Positions 61,128 to 63,366 of a stretch of 63,366 nt of DNA are shown here, piece by piece. Source of the stretch: Stylophora pistillata. Its lineage: Eukaryota. The position numbers and the translations under genes are program-made. The stretch covers positions 9,230-72,595 of the forward strand of contig NW_019218521.1 in the NCBI RefSeq assembly GCF_002571385.2, given 5' to 3'. Under the pieces are notes generated by a model. The model was not told the DNA's origin. It worked only from the letters and a program-made list of their open reading frames with translations, and searched no databases. Every line of letters begins with the position of its first letter. Within the stretch, counting starts at the first letter, position 1.

Positions 61128-63366
61128 TTTTCCAGCAGACTTCCGTCCAATGCTGTCAAGCTTTTTAAATTACCCTCACTATGAATAAAAACCAAAAACT
61201 GCTCTTGAAAGCTTTTTTTACTCGTCAGGTTAAACAGATAAATTTCTGTTAACAAGAACATCCGTATGATGGCGACAAAAGGCAGAAAAACGAATCTTGA
61301 CTTGCATCGGTTACCAAGGAAAGTTGTTGTTTTTCGTTTATGTTGTTATTGTTAGTATTGTTTGCGGGTTTTAAAGGCAGTTTGTATCACGTCATTCCCC
61401 TTTAAATATTAACTATTGCTGAGAAATAGAAACGGGGAGACTGAAGCGGACACATTTTTAATGCAATTATTCTTTTAAGTACGAAATTTTTACTAAACAT
61501 TATGGCAGGAAATGCTGCGTTACTTAAAGGTAGTTAACAACTGGAACCTCAGTATAGACAACTGGCAAAAAAACATTTGACATCACACAAATAAAACAGT
61601 TCAAAAACTAAATGCAATAAGCCATCGACATAAACCAAAGATAAAGCAACAAGACATTAACTTATAGTATTCTTAAAAATATTAAAACTGGAGACCCCTT
61701 CCATGAGCAAACATTTGTGGGTTACTACCGGGTACACCAAATATTCCCCATTAAACTTGCATGAAAAAGCAAATCCTTTTTATTTTCCTTTTTTCGCGAA
61801 GAAAATTTCTCTCTTCGTAACTTTAATTTTTTTTTCGGACGTGACCACAAACAGGAGGCAAATAACAATCCTCAAAAAGTGTTTGTTGGCAGCTTATCTA
61901 TTTTATGCGTGATTGATGCTGATGATTTCGCAGCTGCATAGGAGGCTGTCACGTATGGCACCTCTTTTATTTTATTAAGGCAAGAACTAGTTAACGCTTG
62001 CTTAACCTTTAAACGGTGCATAGGACTTGGATGTAAAGTTAACTCCCTTTAAGTGATGTATTTTTTAATTGAACTTAGTTTAGTTTTCAACACAACTTGA
62101 AAGCTAAGCACACGCACGAGGCCTTTTGTCAAATAAAGAGTCAGATAAAAAAAATGACGGGTGAATTTTTTTTGCAAGCTTTTTTAGCCGGTGTTTACTT
62201 TGCCCTTGATATCATGTCACTGGAGCAGGTGCATTTAGTTGATCAGATAACCAAAGAGATTGAAAAATTATTTAAAAGGGCGAACTTTTCGGGATGAAAT
62301 TAAGGTTTGCGTGAATTTGCAGCCCTGAAAGGATTTTCTGAACACATAAATACTCGCCCCCCTTTTTACTGAAAGGGTTTTTATATAAAAGATCAAAGTT
62401 TTCACTCATAAAACATAATATCTACATAATGACGTTTAACGTCAGTGAATATGAAAATGTTAAATTCGAGGCCAAAACAACAATTGCTGTGTTATTGATT
62501 TTATAAAAAGTTTATTCAACACATGCCGGTTGTTACCTATCTACTTTGAGTTTTAAAAGATTTTTGCTCACTCGATCATACCGGTCATCAGAATCTCCAA
62601 AGCACATCTCCTTAAGGAAATAATAACTGATACTCACTTCTGTTAGTATCGTCATAATTCATGCATAAGCTGTATCCACAGCCGCCACAGAAGATTAGTG
62701 ATGCTGCGCCTGAGGCAGGTAATTTTTTTGTTAGTGAGTTTTTGTTGATGCACCTTACTGGATATATATCATATCACGCCGATTGTATTTATTTCAAAAG
62801 ACTGTTTGTGTTTTTTAGATCGAGGCTTACATGCGTTCAAAAATTTACTATAGATGTAAGACTATGGGTGTGTTTCTCTATTTATATTTAGGTATAGATA
62901 TAGAATTTCTATTTCGACTGACTTATCGAATGAAAATATTTAGGCAAAAACTGTGATAGGATGATTAAAAGCTTTTATCTGATAAAGAATTGAAAAAAAT
63001 GTGCTGTCAGCTAATGCATGGTTCACGCACCGAATATCGAATAAGGGCCGTTATCCTGATGCTCTTCATAAAGACATGTATACTCACGGTTTTTCTTAAA
63101 TAAGCAGGGAGTGTGAATGGGTACCGGAAATTGTCTGAGACACCTCGCGAATTATTTGGATGGGCGGAAGAGAAGGAACTGGCTACGATAGACTAACTTT
63201 CCGTCCCTTCACGCAGTGGAAACTGAAACGCTCTGATAGCTTTGACAGTTATTCTCGTACAGGATATATTCCGTCATAATTAATGTTCGACTCGTGTTTT
63301 CAGTATCTCGCAGCATATGGCTGCTGCATTCAATTCAATACTCCGCTGTTAATCGGAACTGTGTGG

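Noticed and set aside
62661-62720. Possible coding exon MHKLYPQPPQKISDAAPEA followed by GTAATT
   Set aside because: No recognisable homology and no partner exon identifiable within the window

Overview
AT-rich, intron-containing eukaryotic DNA with three N-gaps (about 35001-35749, 50952-51001, 59917-60817) and a single N at 55678. The gene families and repeats look cnidarian, most likely a stony coral (inference). Five apparently intact genes can be built by hand from splice sites: a single-exon class A GPCR (+); a secreted alpha-carbonic anhydrase homologue lacking two of three zinc-binding histidines (+); a 16-exon ankyrin-repeat/HECT E3 ligase with HACE1-like architecture, a long disordered N-terminus and an insert in the HECT N-lobe (+); a TM plus single-C2 synaptotagmin-14/16-like gene (+); and a 9-exon mitochondrial acetyl-CoA hydrolase/CoA-transferase (-). 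There is also a PAN-EGF pseudogene disrupted by frameshifts, a stop codon and a TIR element with a 9-bp TSD. Intergenic and intronic DNA holds many MITEs (9-, 8-, 5-bp, TA and TTAA TSDs), tRNA-derived SINEs, LINE fragments and Penelope-like termini with a minimal hammerhead ribozyme. The most unusual structure is a near-identical 250-bp tandem array, each unit carrying a tRNA-Thr(AGT)-like cloverleaf plus hairpins, that ends in a fold-back exactly at the tRNA +1 position. Exon coordinates were read by eye and may be off by a few bases.
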